NCBI GenBank assembly: GCA_963741095.1
Contig: CAVUGN010000009.1
Location: 1 to 64,000 of the forward strand
DNA: 64,000 bases
Reading direction: 5' to 3'
From: an uncultured Candidatus Micrarchaeota archaeon
GTDB taxonomy: Archaea; Micrarchaeota; Micrarchaeia; Micrarchaeales; Micrarchaeaceae
This document shows, piece by piece, positions 40,814-51,042 of this stretch. Both the position numbers and the translations under genes were made by a program. The notes beneath the pieces were generated by a model that was not told the origin of the DNA, searched no databases, and saw nothing but the letters and a program-made list of their open reading frames with translations. Every line of letters starts with the position of its first letter. Position 1 is the stretch's first letter.

Positions 40814-41392
40814 ATGAGCGTTGATAAAACTTTCGGGAAAAGTTTTAAAGCCCAGTTCTGGAGCTTCGATGTGGTATTTGCACTTGTAATATTCGGCATA
40901 GCGTTGACAGTGCTCACGTTCACGTGGTATAATCTCAACAATCAGCTAGCACTGGCATACGGCGGCGGTGATACGATACTTCAACTTCAGACCAAATCGC
41001 TTGCAAGCGGCATACTGTCTACTGGTGTGCCAACGAACTGGCAGAGCATAACAAACACTGTAAACACTGCCACATGGAGCAACGTGAGCATAGGTCTTGC
41101 GAGCGCACCACTAGGCAGCAATATATCAACTAGCAAGCTCTACACCTTTATGTCAATGTCCAATTACAACTACCAAGCCTCAAAACAAACTCTTGGCATG
41201 GCATTTGATTACTACGTCACGATAACCAGCAATCCGACCGTTGGCGCGGGGCTGAACATAACAATAGGCAGGAATCCGCAGACCAATGGTGCGCTCACGA
41301 CTTACGTCGAAAGAAGGAGCGCGTTCATCAATGGAATTCCAGTTTCAGTAAGAGTAATGGCCTGGACCAACACGACACTGGCGACGAGCTGA
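40814..41392 (+). CDS. Minor pilin-like protein (class III signal peptide)
   Basis: KAQ/FWSFDVVFALVIF N-terminus followed by a GVP.NW motif. Confidence 0.75.
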   Translation: MSVDKTFGKSFKAQFWSFDVVFALVIFGIALTVLTFTWYNLNNQLALAYGGGDTILQLQTKSLASGILSTGVPTNWQSITNTVNTATWSNVSIGLASAPLGSNISTSKLYTFMSMSNYNYQASKQTLGMAFDYYVTITSNPTVGAGLNITIGRNPQTNGALTTYVERRSAFINGIPVSVRVMAWTNTTLATS

Positions 41393-41401
41393 GATGCGGA
41401 T

Positions 41402-43606
41402 ATGATACAAACGAAAAGCAACTTCAAGGGATTCGTCTTCACCCTAGACGCGATATTCGCGCTCATAGTGGCAGTTGCAAGCATCTCCATACTGATGTAC
41501 GTGCACTTCAGCAGCACATTACTCTACACTGCACCTGCAGCCGAGGCGTCCAGCATCCTTCAGAACCTCATGCAGACAACTGTTTACTCCGCATCGCTGG
41601 GCAACGTGTACGCCAGCTACCTGTTGAATTCATGGCAAGGGAATACCTATACCTGGCCGCAGTTTGGGCATGACCAGTACCATTCGTCGAACAACAGCTA
41701 CGGGCCACAGACGGCTTCGCTGCTCTACACGTTCTCGGCACCATACCCGATCGTTCCATCTGTCGCGGTTGATCAAGGTGTTGTTGCCTTCGGCGCGGGC
41801 ACGTACCTTTACGCGCTCAACGCGACGACCGGCGCCCCGCTCAACACGTACCCGCTCATAAATGTAGGGGCGGTGCAGGTTACACCACTCATATACAAGA
41901 ACGAGATAGTCTACACCTGCCCAATCGGCTGCATAATTGCGGAAAGCATATCCAATTCGCTGTTGCAGCTATGGAGCACGGAGCTGAGCACGGACGTGTC
42001 CACACCTCTCCAGATAGAAGACGGCTACCTCGTCGCAGGCACTTCCAACAGCATATATCTTTTGTACCCGCAGAATGGCACCACCGCTGCTTCTGTCACC
42101 GTGCCGGCGGCTAGCACAGTGCAGCCACCTGTCTACATCAACGGCGAATTCATAGTGACTACCGGCAAGCCCGGCGTGCAGAACTACATCTACGCGTATG
42201 TGCTCACCGGGGGCACTCTGACAAACGTCTGGAGCTACCCGCTCAAGATCGCGCAGACCACTCAGCCAGTGGTGAACGGAAGCGTGATAGCTGTGGGCAG
42301 CGGGAGCTCACTCTACACATTTAATCTTGACGGGACTCTGATAAAGCAAAACGTTCTTCCCAACGCACAGATCGTCGGATTGGCATCATCAACCAACAAC
42401 TTCTATGTCGAGACCGTCAATGCAATCTACCGCTTCTCGCCTTCGGGCAGCACAATATTCTCATACCCGACAATAACCGACAACCAGAACTCGACGCCGT
42501 CCGTGAGCCCTCCAATATTGTACACGCTGGTGAGCGGCACCAACTATCAGGGCTACAACATCCAGGCCGGCACGAACATATGGAACGTTTCGCTCCCGTA
42601 CGCATCAGCCTACACGGGCTACTCTGCTGTTGCTCTTGCTTACGGCAACGCCTATGTGGTAAACGGCAATACGCTGTATGTCTTCGGCACACCCGAAGCG
42701 CAGCCAAGCGACAGTCTGTTGCAGACCGTTACCCGCATGTACCTGAACAACGAGAGCGCCTACTCCAATCTAATGTTGAACAAGATATACAACTCGTCGA
42801 ATGTGGGCCTCTTCATCAATGGCACCTATGCGCCAACATTAAAGACCGCAAGCTTCAACGGCGCGAACAGCCATATCAATATAGGGAAGATAAATCAGGA
42901 GACATCCAACAATCCGATATCATTTACGGTTTGGTTCTACACGGCTTCACTTACGAGTAGTTATCCGATGCCATTCGGCGACACCATCAATAGTCCACGA
43001 GACGGATATGACCTGTTTATCAGCGGGCCAGGCAGTGGGTCGAACGGCATCGTTGGCGCAGAAAGATTCTGGGGCACAGCAGGGTGTCTTTCCTGCGGTA
43101 TTGGCATAGGAACACCAAGTCCAATATCAATGAACACCATCTATTTCGCGACTTTGACCTACGACGGCAGCACATTCAAATTCTATTTGAATGGCGCTTT
43201 GGTTGGTTCGTTTGCAACGACAAACTCCATAACCCCCGATTCAATAATGAGCATCGGAGCCGCCAGCGGCTACGGATATATCTGGGACGGTAGTATTTCA
43301 AACGTCCAGATCTACAACATCGCTCTTTCCTCATCGCAGGTAGCGCAGCTCTACCAGAGTGGGCAGTACGGAATGCCGGTCAGCATGCAAAACCTCATAG
43401 GCTGGTGGCCACTCGAAGGCGATACAAACGACTACAGCGGTTACAACAACGTCGGCATACCCACTTCTGTGACCTTCCAGAGTTCGAATGCGCTTCCCGC
43501 ATCCCTCAAAAATGCGTTCCAGATAAGCAAGGCTACAACGCCGCTCAGCATCACGTCAAACGGCGTCAACAAACTCTACAACGTGAGCGTGGTGTCATGG
43601 AGATAA
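41402..43606 (+). CDS. Pilin-like protein with PQQ-type beta-propeller and a LamG domain
   Basis: KG/FVFTLDAIFA N-terminus; WPQFGHD, YALNA.TG and W repeats; C-terminal LamG. Confidence 0.82.
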   Translation: MIQTKSNFKGFVFTLDAIFALIVAVASISILMYVHFSSTLLYTAPAAEASSILQNLMQTTVYSASLGNVYASYLLNSWQGNTYTWPQFGHDQYHSSNNSYGPQTASLLYTFSAPYPIVPSVAVDQGVVAFGAGTYLYALNATTGAPLNTYPLINVGAVQVTPLIYKNEIVYTCPIGCIIAESISNSLLQLWSTELSTDVSTPLQIEDGYLVAGTSNSIYLLYPQNGTTAASVTVPAASTVQPPVYINGEFIVTTGKPGVQNYIYAYVLTGGTLTNVWSYPLKIAQTTQPVVNGSVIAVGSGSSLYTFNLDGTLIKQNVLPNAQIVGLASSTNNFYVETVNAIYRFSPSGSTIFSYPTITDNQNSTPSVSPPILYTLVSGTNYQGYNIQAGTNIWNVSLPYASAYTGYSAVALAYGNAYVVNGNTLYVFGTPEAQPSDSLLQTVTRMYLNNESAYSNLMLNKIYNSSNVGLFINGTYAPTLKTASFNGANSHINIGKINQETSNNPISFTVWFYTASLTSSYPMPFGDTINSPRDGYDLFISGPGSGSNGIVGAERFWGTAGCLSCGIGIGTPSPISMNTIYFATLTYDGSTFKFYLNGALVGSFATTNSITPDSIMSIGAASGYGYIWDGSISNVQIYNIALSSSQVAQLYQSGQYGMPVSMQNLIGWWPLEGDTNDYSGYNNVGIPTSVTFQSSNALPASLKNAFQISKATTPLSITSNGVNKLYNVSVVSWR

Positions 43607-46600
43607 TACCCAAAAGCCGCAAGGGAATAATGCTCACGCTCGCCACTGTGGTCCTTTTCGTGCTCATGCTCGCAGAGCTCGTTACCTATGTGTCATTGAA
43701 CATAAACTACAACACAATCGTATCGAGCGCGTCTGCGGTTACTGGCGGTGCATCCGCGATTACGACCCTGAATTCTGCAGTTCCAGTATTCTTACACCAA
43801 AGTCTCCAAAATGCGCTGAGTGCACTTCTACAATACGAAGGCACGCCTACTTTAAGGAAAGACCATTTCATCAACAACACCGCTTACGCATTGCAGTCGC
43901 TCATGTACAATGGAACCATAGCCAATGGAACAAGCTCTGGATACTTCAACGGGCAGAACACCTATATCGATGTTGGGAATGCAGTAAGTCTTAACCCTAC
44001 AACTGCGATAACGATGGTTTTATGGGTAAAGCAATTTTCACAAGCTAACGGTGTGAGTTCTCAATGTTGGCAATGGCGCGCTCTCCAGAAGACATGGGTC
44101 ACCTATAAGGGATATGGTATCCAAGTTGGGTGTGCTGAGATAGATGCTTTATTTGGTAATGATATTAGCTGGCAAGAGTACCAGGGTTCCACCTACAGCT
44201 TAAACACCTGGCATCAGTTAGTAGTAACTTACCAAAATTATGGGAATACTTACGGCTATTTGGACGGAAAACTGAATTATGGACCTATACCAGTGACTAA
44301 TTTAGACCCTGGTCCAGGAGACCTACAAATTGGTGGACCATCAGCATCAGGAAACTGGTACAATGGTCTTATCTCCAACGTTCAAGTCTACAACGTCGCG
44401 CTCACGGTGAATCAAGTAGCGCAACTATATGCAGAGGGCATCAACGGTGCACCAATTATGTCTGCAAACAATGTCGGCTGGTGGCCTCTCAACAGCGATA
44501 CGCTAGACTACTCTGGTAACGGCAACAACGGCGTCCCGACAAACTTAATGTACAATAGCGTGCTTTCTTACACGAGCTTTGGTATGCTTAATTCGACATT
44601 CAGCGGCTTCATGAATCGGATGACAAATCAAATATCCAACGACGGCTTCAATGTGGTCATAACAAACGCTACTCTGAATGTTTTCCAGAACTCGCCATTC
44701 ACGATAAGTGCTAATTATACTGCGCTTGCTGTGGTCAACTCCACACGCGGTCTCTTCACATTCCCGTTAGAATCAACCACTAGCGTCTCGCTCAATGGAA
44801 CACAGAGCCTCTACGGTCTCGAAGCAGGCGACCCGTTCACAATAAAGCCGCAGCCAAACCTCCCTAAGGCGGTGCTCGTAGGCAATGTTCTTGCCATGTC
44901 CAGTAATACAGGAGCAAACTTCAACGGCGGAAGTTCATACATGACATTGCCAAACATGGCCAGTGCGGTTGTAGGTCTTTCCCAACTAACCGTTAGCGTA
45001 TGGGTGAAACCTTCCGTAGCGTTTGGCGGCAGAACAGAATTCTTAACGGATTGCGCCAACGAATTCTTCCTCGCTGCTGATGCAAATGGCAACCAGGAAG
45101 GGGACATGTGCGTGAACACTGGCGGCGCTTGGTACTGTTATGCTACCACAACCACGACAATAAACCCGAACAACTGGTACATGGTGACCGGGGTTTTCAA
45201 CGGCGTTGCGAGCACGCTCAATATCTACCTGAATGGGCAATTAGGCAACGGCGTTACCGTCACTGGTACAATAACCAACGGCGGAGGCAGTGTCACGTTG
45301 GGAGAACCCCAGTGCGACTCTAATTGGTTCTCGGGCAGCATGGCTGACGCCCAGATTTACAACACCGCGCTTTCACCGACCCAGGTCGCAAACCTGTACA
45401 ACGAGGGCATGGGCGGTTCGCCAATCCTTCCGGCGAACAACATAGGCTGGTGGCCGCTCAACGGCAATGCAAACGATTACAGTGGAAACAACAACAACGG
45501 CGCACCAACAAGCATAACCTACACAAACATGTTTTCATACGGCACTGCATATTATGCTAGCGGCACGCCCTCATGTGCATCGATACTCGCGCAATACAAG
45601 AACGCCAACTTCATACTTGTTACGCCCAGTGCGGCGAGCATAACAAGTGACATGTGTGGCATGGGTGGGCTAGTAACATACACACCTCCTTCGCCGTTGC
45701 CTACGGGGCCCTATCTCGTCTATTCAAGCTCGTCCAACGTCGTGAACGTGATAAAGGCGGGTACATCATTACTTTTGAGTGACAGGAGCGTGGGCCTTTT
45801 AAACATCTCAAACCTGCAAAGCGCAATACAGAATGGATACTCTTTCGCCTCACCTTACGTTCCATCATATCTTGACTGGGCTCAGGACAGCCTGACAAAG
45901 AGATCTACCAACGGCATGTTCTCCTTCAATTTGCTTAATCGGCAGATTGCAAGCTTCAACGGGGCAAGCAGCTATATTGATACTGGCTCTTCCGTTTCTC
46001 CAACTACTGCAATTACAGTTACATTATGGATGAATAGTGCTGGAGGCGTACAACAGAATCTGGTCACAGAAGGTCCATCTGGCACAGCATGGAGCTTCCG
46101 ATTTTGGAATATTCTTGCCGAATACATGTTTAGAGTTTCTTTAAATGGCGAATCTCCAGCCTGTGGATACACACCACCAGCGTTACTAACCTTGAATACC
46201 TGGCATCATGTTGGTTTTAGTTACGATTCATCTACTGGAATAGTACGCATATACCTAGACGGAGTCAATGTTCAAACCTGTACGGGTTTCTCAGGTAATT
46301 TGAATACGGGAAGTGATCTCTGGATAGGAAAGGGCAGCAACTACGCTTATTTCAATGGTTTCATCTCTGACGTCCAGATATACAACACTGCTCTAACACC
46401 CTCTCAGATGTCACAACTTTATCAAGAAGGTATAGATCCCATTCCAATAAGTAATGCTGGTCTCATAGGCTGGTGGCCGCTCAACGGAGACTTCAACGAT
46501 TATTCCGGGCAGAACAACAACGGCATAGCTGCAAGCGTGCCGTTCAACAGGCTGAACGACTACCAGGCGGATCCGATTTGGGGCGGATCGCTGTACAACA

Positions 46601-46788
46601 ACAATGCATTGAATTCAAACGCGCTCAATCTAACCGAAGGCGTGCTGAACTGCGGTACGCTTGCACAATGTTACAGCACGAATCTAGAGCATTTGTACCT
46701 TGCAAACCTCTCGCTCACTGGTACCTATTCTTCCGCGTCGACCGAAGCCGCGTCATTGGGTCTTGCAAACTCTATTATGCCCCCTTGA
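43597..46788 (+). CDS. Pilin-like protein with three LamG domains
   Basis: Start MEIIPKSRKG/IMLTL overlaps the previous stop; three FNG...GWWPL units. Confidence 0.83.
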   Translation: MEIIPKSRKGIMLTLATVVLFVLMLAELVTYVSLNINYNTIVSSASAVTGGASAITTLNSAVPVFLHQSLQNALSALLQYEGTPTLRKDHFINNTAYALQSLMYNGTIANGTSSGYFNGQNTYIDVGNAVSLNPTTAITMVLWVKQFSQANGVSSQCWQWRALQKTWVTYKGYGIQVGCAEIDALFGNDISWQEYQGSTYSLNTWHQLVVTYQNYGNTYGYLDGKLNYGPIPVTNLDPGPGDLQIGGPSASGNWYNGLISNVQVYNVALTVNQVAQLYAEGINGAPIMSANNVGWWPLNSDTLDYSGNGNNGVPTNLMYNSVLSYTSFGMLNSTFSGFMNRMTNQISNDGFNVVITNATLNVFQNSPFTISANYTALAVVNSTRGLFTFPLESTTSVSLNGTQSLYGLEAGDPFTIKPQPNLPKAVLVGNVLAMSSNTGANFNGGSSYMTLPNMASAVVGLSQLTVSVWVKPSVAFGGRTEFLTDCANEFFLAADANGNQEGDMCVNTGGAWYCYATTTTTINPNNWYMVTGVFNGVASTLNIYLNGQLGNGVTVTGTITNGGGSVTLGEPQCDSNWFSGSMADAQIYNTALSPTQVANLYNEGMGGSPILPANNIGWWPLNGNANDYSGNNNNGAPTSITYTNMFSYGTAYYASGTPSCASILAQYKNANFILVTPSAASITSDMCGMGGLVTYTPPSPLPTGPYLVYSSSSNVVNVIKAGTSLLLSDRSVGLLNISNLQSAIQNGYSFASPYVPSYLDWAQDSLTKRSTNGMFSFNLLNRQIASFNGASSYIDTGSSVSPTTAITVTLWMNSAGGVQQNLVTEGPSGTAWSFRFWNILAEYMFRVSLNGESPACGYTPPALLTLNTWHHVGFSYDSSTGIVRIYLDGVNVQTCTGFSGNLNTGSDLWIGKGSNYAYFNGFISDVQIYNTALTPSQMSQLYQEGIDPIPISNAGLIGWWPLNGDFNDYSGQNNNGIAASVPFNRLNDYQADPIWGGSLYNNNALNSNALNLTEGVLNCGTLAQCYSTNLEHLYLANLSLTGTYSSASTEAASLGLANSIMPP

Positions 46789-46820
46789 TGCGCATGTTCC
46801 TTAATCAGACCGTCTAATCT

Positions 46821-47807
46821 CTAAGCTCCGCCTATGTGGCCGAACAGGTTGCCAACCACCGAGACCATCACCAGGAAGATGGCTATGCCTATGAGCACGA
46901 AGACCGGCAGGAGCCTGATGCCCTTCATAGCCGATCCGGAGTTTATCGCTGAGACTATCAGGCTGGCGAAGGCGCATATTATCACGATGGCCGCTATCGA
47001 GAAGTCATGATAGGCTTCTACCGTTATTGTCGGCGGGCTGGGCTTCAGGAACGATATGCCCGCGGTGGGAAGGCCGCCGGGGTTCTGCGCAAGTATCCCC
47101 TTCCATACTGTGTCGGTGACGACTATCATCTGGCTCGTGAGGCCGTACAGCACCGGCGCGGCTATAAGGGCAGCGAAGAGTATGAATATGCTGTACATCA
47201 GCATCTGACCGGCTATCTCCTTCTGCATCAATTGCTGCTGGCGCATGTCCTTCGATATCTGCATCAGAAGGTCAGCAACGGCTCCTCCGTACCTCAGGGC
47301 CTCGAGAATCATCTTGACTGCATGGTTCAGCTGGTACGACCTGTACCTGGCTGCGAAGGTCCTTATGGCGGTCTCGAAGCTCTCCCCTCCGAAGACCCGC
47401 CGGTTCATCTCCTTCACATCATCGCTGAGGTAGCCGAACTCCGGCTTTGCGGCCATGAGCATGGCCCGGTCAAGGGCGACTCCGCTCCTGAGGTTCGCAG
47501 AGGTTATCTGCAGATAATCCGGCAGCATCTCCTCCAGCTTCGTTTTCCTGCCCTCTATCTGGTACTCCAGTAGCAGGTAGATCACTCCTATGTAGAGCGC
47601 TGCCGCAAGCAGGCCCGCGGCTGCATCCAGCAGCGTGTTCACCTTGAATATGAAGAGCGTGAAAGGCACGATGATGAGTATCGCCAGGGCTCCGAGTATC
47701 GCGACCCTCAGCAGATTCTCGACCGTCGTCTTTATGCCTGCAAGGTCAATCTCGTTGGATATCCTCCTCACAAGGCCTCTTGAGACGAGCCGTTCGAAGG
47801 TTATCAT
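46821..47807 (-). CDS. Type IV pilus membrane platform protein (TadC/T2SSF-like)
   Basis: LPDYL.....NLRSG..L..A motif and multiple TM helices. Confidence 0.88.
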   Translation of the reverse strand: MITFERLVSRGLVRRISNEIDLAGIKTTVENLLRVAILGALAILIIVPFTLFIFKVNTLLDAAAGLLAAALYIGVIYLLLEYQIEGRKTKLEEMLPDYLQITSANLRSGVALDRAMLMAAKPEFGYLSDDVKEMNRRVFGGESFETAIRTFAARYRSYQLNHAVKMILEALRYGGAVADLLMQISKDMRQQQLMQKEIAGQMLMYSIFILFAALIAAPVLYGLTSQMIVVTDTVWKGILAQNPGGLPTAGISFLKPSPPTITVEAYHDFSIAAIVIICAFASLIVSAINSGSAMKGIRLLPVFVLIGIAIFLVMVSVVGNLFGHIGGA

Positions 47808-47811
47808 AGCA

Positions 47812-48918
47812 TCACAATGTAAAGACAGGCCTTGAATTCCTTATCATCTGCAGGAATATGATCTGCAGGAATATTAACCCCACTATGACGAACTCAAGCA
47901 CGGAATCGTTCATCGTGAATATCGCGACGAATGTTGTGAGTATCGTGACTACCGCGACTCCCATGCTTGGGAGTATTATCCCGAAGAGCATGTAGAACAT
48001 TGCTATGGCGTTCAGGCTCTGGCCGTACCTGCGCAGTTCTATCACGCGCTCCTCCGCCAGCTGGTCTATGACGCTCTGGAGTGCTCCAACCACATCGGCG
48101 CCTGCCCTTATGCTCACCGATGCCTGCAGCATCATCCTCCTGAACGACTTGCTCTTGGTCTCGCTGACCGTCTGGTCTATCGCATCCTCGAGAGGCGTGC
48201 CCAGCTGAACGCGCTCGACTATCCGTGCGAACTCCTTGCTTGCGTCTCCGTAGCCTACGCTTATCGAGGTTATGGCATTGAACAGCGGCATTCCGGACCT
48301 GAGCGATATTATCATATCCCTTGCGGCGAAGAGGATGTCCCTCTCGATGTTCTTCGATGTCACCTTGCCCTTCTGGGTGGGGTAGTTGAGGAACGTTCCA
48401 AGCGCGGTGTAGAAGATCGATATCCCAAGGACGGCCGAAAACAGCACGGCCGCGAAGACCGACATGCCGAGCTTTATGAACAGGATCAGCATGGCAACGG
48501 CGATGACCACCGACAGGGCGACCGAGGCGATGAGCATGCGCTTCACGAACTCGTACAGGCTCTCCTTTATGCCCTGCTCCCTGAGCGCGGTCTCCAACCC
48601 CTTGTGCTTGGCGCCGATGCTCGATATGTACATCGTCACCCTGTTCGTGTTCTTCGGTGCGCCCGCGGCGGGTCCGGCCTGCTTCTTCGGCGCGGCTGCG
48701 CGGCTCTGCATCCTTGCCGCGAACGTGGCGGTGACCTGCTGAGGCTGCGGCGCAGTTGCCGGCTTGGGTGCGGCCGCGGGTGGCGTGCCGGCGAACCTCG
48801 CAGCGGGCTTCTTCCCGAACAGGGAGGCGGCTATGCCCTTGCGCGGCGGCTCGAGCTCTATGGTCTTGCCGCCGACGTCAATGGTCCTCTTCTTCTTGTT
48901 GAAAATCATGAGTGTCAT
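47812..48918 (-). CDS. Type IV pilus membrane platform protein (TadB/T2SSF-like)
   Basis: LRSGMPLFNA, GTPLEDA and GADV motifs; Pro/Ala-rich N-terminus. Confidence 0.86.
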   Translation of the reverse strand: MTLMIFNKKKRTIDVGGKTIELEPPRKGIAASLFGKKPAARFAGTPPAAAPKPATAPQPQQVTATFAARMQSRAAAPKKQAGPAAGAPKNTNRVTMYISSIGAKHKGLETALREQGIKESLYEFVKRMLIASVALSVVIAVAMLILFIKLGMSVFAAVLFSAVLGISIFYTALGTFLNYPTQKGKVTSKNIERDILFAARDMIISLRSGMPLFNAITSISVGYGDASKEFARIVERVQLGTPLEDAIDQTVSETKSKSFRRMMLQASVSIRAGADVVGALQSVIDQLAEERVIELRRYGQSLNAIAMFYMLFGIILPSMGVAVVTILTTFVAIFTMNDSVLEFVIVGLIFLQIIFLQMIRNSRPVFTL

Positions 48919-49535
48919 CTCTTGATCAACGCCAGTGCCTCCCTGAGCCTGTGCTCCCTCATGTTCCAGAGCGACCTGTCCAGCTCGTTCAGGGTCTTCT
49001 TCTCCTTGGCCATCTCCGCGTCCAGCTCCTCCACGTAACGCTTCAGGCCCTCCAGCTCCTGCCTGGCAACCTTGATCTGCTCCCTGTCGAAGCTCTTCTC
49101 CCTGAGCGCTGCAACGATCTGCTCCAATTCCTGTATTTGGTCCGATATCGGGAGGTTAGGGAGCACAAGGTCTTCGATGTCTGCCGTTTTCATCTTCAGC
49201 TCGGTGAACTTCGGCGTCATCTCCTGCATGCCGCCGACTATGCCCTGCATCTCCTTCTTTATGTTTCCGCGCTTCGATGGCTGTCCCGACGCGGCAACCT
49301 CAACCGCCCTGCGCTCCTCCTGCTTCGCCGCCTGCTGCCTTGCCGTCATGACCTTCTGCGGCCTTGCCTCGATCCCGTCAACTATCGCAAGCATCCTGCC
49401 ATAGCCTGGTGCGGGGGCCTCCTGCTCCGTCTCAGAGACTCCGGATATGTCCACGAGGCAGAGCTCCTCCTTCTTGGCGCCCGCCTCAAGCCCTTCTATC
49501 AGGGCCAGCATGTCCTCGTAGCTTGCGTCCGGCAA
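48915..49535 (-). CDS. Hypothetical helical protein in the pilus operon
   Basis: Translationally coupled within the operon; LVLPNL...DQI.ELE motif and coiled coil. Confidence 0.7.
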   Translation of the reverse strand: MPDASYEDMLALIEGLEAGAKKEELCLVDISGVSETEQEAPAPGYGRMLAIVDGIEARPQKVMTARQQAAKQEERRAVEVAASGQPSKRGNIKKEMQGIVGGMQEMTPKFTELKMKTADIEDLVLPNLPISDQIQELEQIVAALREKSFDREQIKVARQELEGLKRYVEELDAEMAKEKKTLNELDRSLWNMREHRLREALALIKR

Positions 49536-49542
49536 TCAACCA

Positions 49543-51042
49543 CTATTGAAACATCTCCTTCGAGAACTTCGCGTCGCTCGCCGCGGCTTCGATGACCTTG
49601 TTCTTGTCCCTGTAGTAGTTCGCGATCACGAAACCAGCGCCGTCGACGTCGGTTATACTGTTCTTGACCATCCAGTCGAGTATCTTTGTTTTCTCCTGCA
49701 CCTCGTCGTCGATCTCCTTCCTGGCCAATCCACCGTAGAGCTCCAGCGTCTCGGCGAGCCTGGTCATGTTGCTGACGCTGTCGAAATTATCGGTCTTGAA
49801 GTTCCACCTGTCCAGCACGTTGACGTCTCCGCTGTCGAGGACTTCGCCGAACTCGAGAAGCCTTCGTATATCCCTCGTCCTGTGCCTGAAGAGCGTGACT
49901 ATGCCGCCCAATGCGTTCATGTTAACCTTTGGGACGTTGAGCGGCGGGTTTATCATCCTTATGACCGTGTCCCTGGCGTTATCCGCGTGGACGGTGCCGT
50001 ACACCGCATGACCTGTGTGTATGGCCTCGAACAGCGTCTCGGCGTCCTTCTGCGTTCTTATCTCTCCGACAAGCACTATATCCGGACGTTGCCTGAGCGC
50101 GTTTATCATCAACTGGTAGAGCGTGACCTCTCCTTTTCCCTCTGGGTTGGGCTGCCTCGCCAGCATCGGTATCCACTGCAGGAAGTTAGGCAGCGTCAGC
50201 TCCCTAGTTTCCTCGATAGATATCACCCTCCTGTTCGGCGGGAAGAAGATGCTTGACGCGTTGAGGAAACTTGTCTTTCCGCTTGCAGTGCCTCCGGAGT
50301 ACATGAGGCTTATCTCGTTCTGTATGCACAACCAGATTAGCGCGCCGAGCTCGGAATTCAGCGTGTGGTTCTTTATCAGCGCTGTCATGGTCCACGGGTT
50401 CTTCGAGAACTTTCTTATCGTGATCGTGTTACCGTTCTGCGATATCGGCATCAGCGTCGCGTTGACCCTGGATCCGTCGGTGAGCACGGCGTCCATGAGC
50501 GGCGCGAGCCCCGTTATCTCCCTTCCGGTTATCCTGCCTATCTGCGCCGCCTGGTCGTAGACCAACTCGTCGGTCGTCGGCTTTATGCTGGTCTTGCACC
50601 ACTGGTACTTCTTGTGGAAGACCCATATGAAGTCCCTCGACCCGTTTACCGCTATCTCCTCAAGGTTGTCATCGGCCAGCGGCGCCTCGAGGTCGCCGAG
50701 CCCGAGCATCATGTTGAGCACGTACGCTATCAGAAGCCTCTTCACCTCCTGGTCCGGCACCGACATGTACTTGTCTATGAGTATCTCGCTCGCCGATACG
50801 TACTTTTCGTTCAGGTCCTCGATGTAGAGCTTGTCCTGTATCCTCGACGGGTCTATCGGGACCATGGAAAGAAGCTCCTCCCTGAGCGACATGATCATGA
50901 GCTTCGTTGCGGAGCCGATGCCCCTGAACGTGAGGTTGTAGAGCGGTACGAAGTCCGGGGTTTGCACTATGTCTATGTGGACGCGCATGCCGTGCGCATC
51001 AAGATCGTAAGATTCAAGCACCTTGTCCTCAATCATCATCAC
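49543..51042 (-). CDS. Type IV pilus assembly ATPase (TadA/VirB11/CpaF family)
   Basis: GSRVNA, TIRKF, GGTASGKT, IEETREL, LRQRPD..LVGEIR and TGH motifs. Confidence 0.93.
   Translation of the reverse strand: MMMIEDKVLESYDLDAHGMRVHIDIVQTPDFVPLYNLTFRGIGSATKLMIMSLREELLSMVPIDPSRIQDKLYIEDLNEKYVSASEILIDKYMSVPDQEVKRLLIAYVLNMMLGLGDLEAPLADDNLEEIAVNGSRDFIWVFHKKYQWCKTSIKPTTDELVYDQAAQIGRITGREITGLAPLMDAVLTDGSRVNATLMPISQNGNTITIRKFSKNPWTMTALIKNHTLNSELGALIWLCIQNEISLMYSGGTASGKTSFLNASSIFFPPNRRVISIEETRELTLPNFLQWIPMLARQPNPEGKGEVTLYQLMINALRQRPDIVLVGEIRTQKDAETLFEAIHTGHAVYGTVHADNARDTVIRMINPPLNVPKVNMNALGGIVTLFRHRTRDIRRLLEFGEVLDSGDVNVLDRWNFKTDNFDSVSNMTRLAETLELYGGLARKEIDDEVQEKTKILDWMVKNSITDVDGAGFVIANYYRDKNKVIEAAASDAKFSKEMFQ

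Noticed and set aside
38050-46788. Diversity-generating retroelement or CRISPR explanation for the repeats
   Set aside because: No reverse transcriptase, no TR/VR pair differing only at adenines, and no regularly spaced identical repeats or cas genes in the window.
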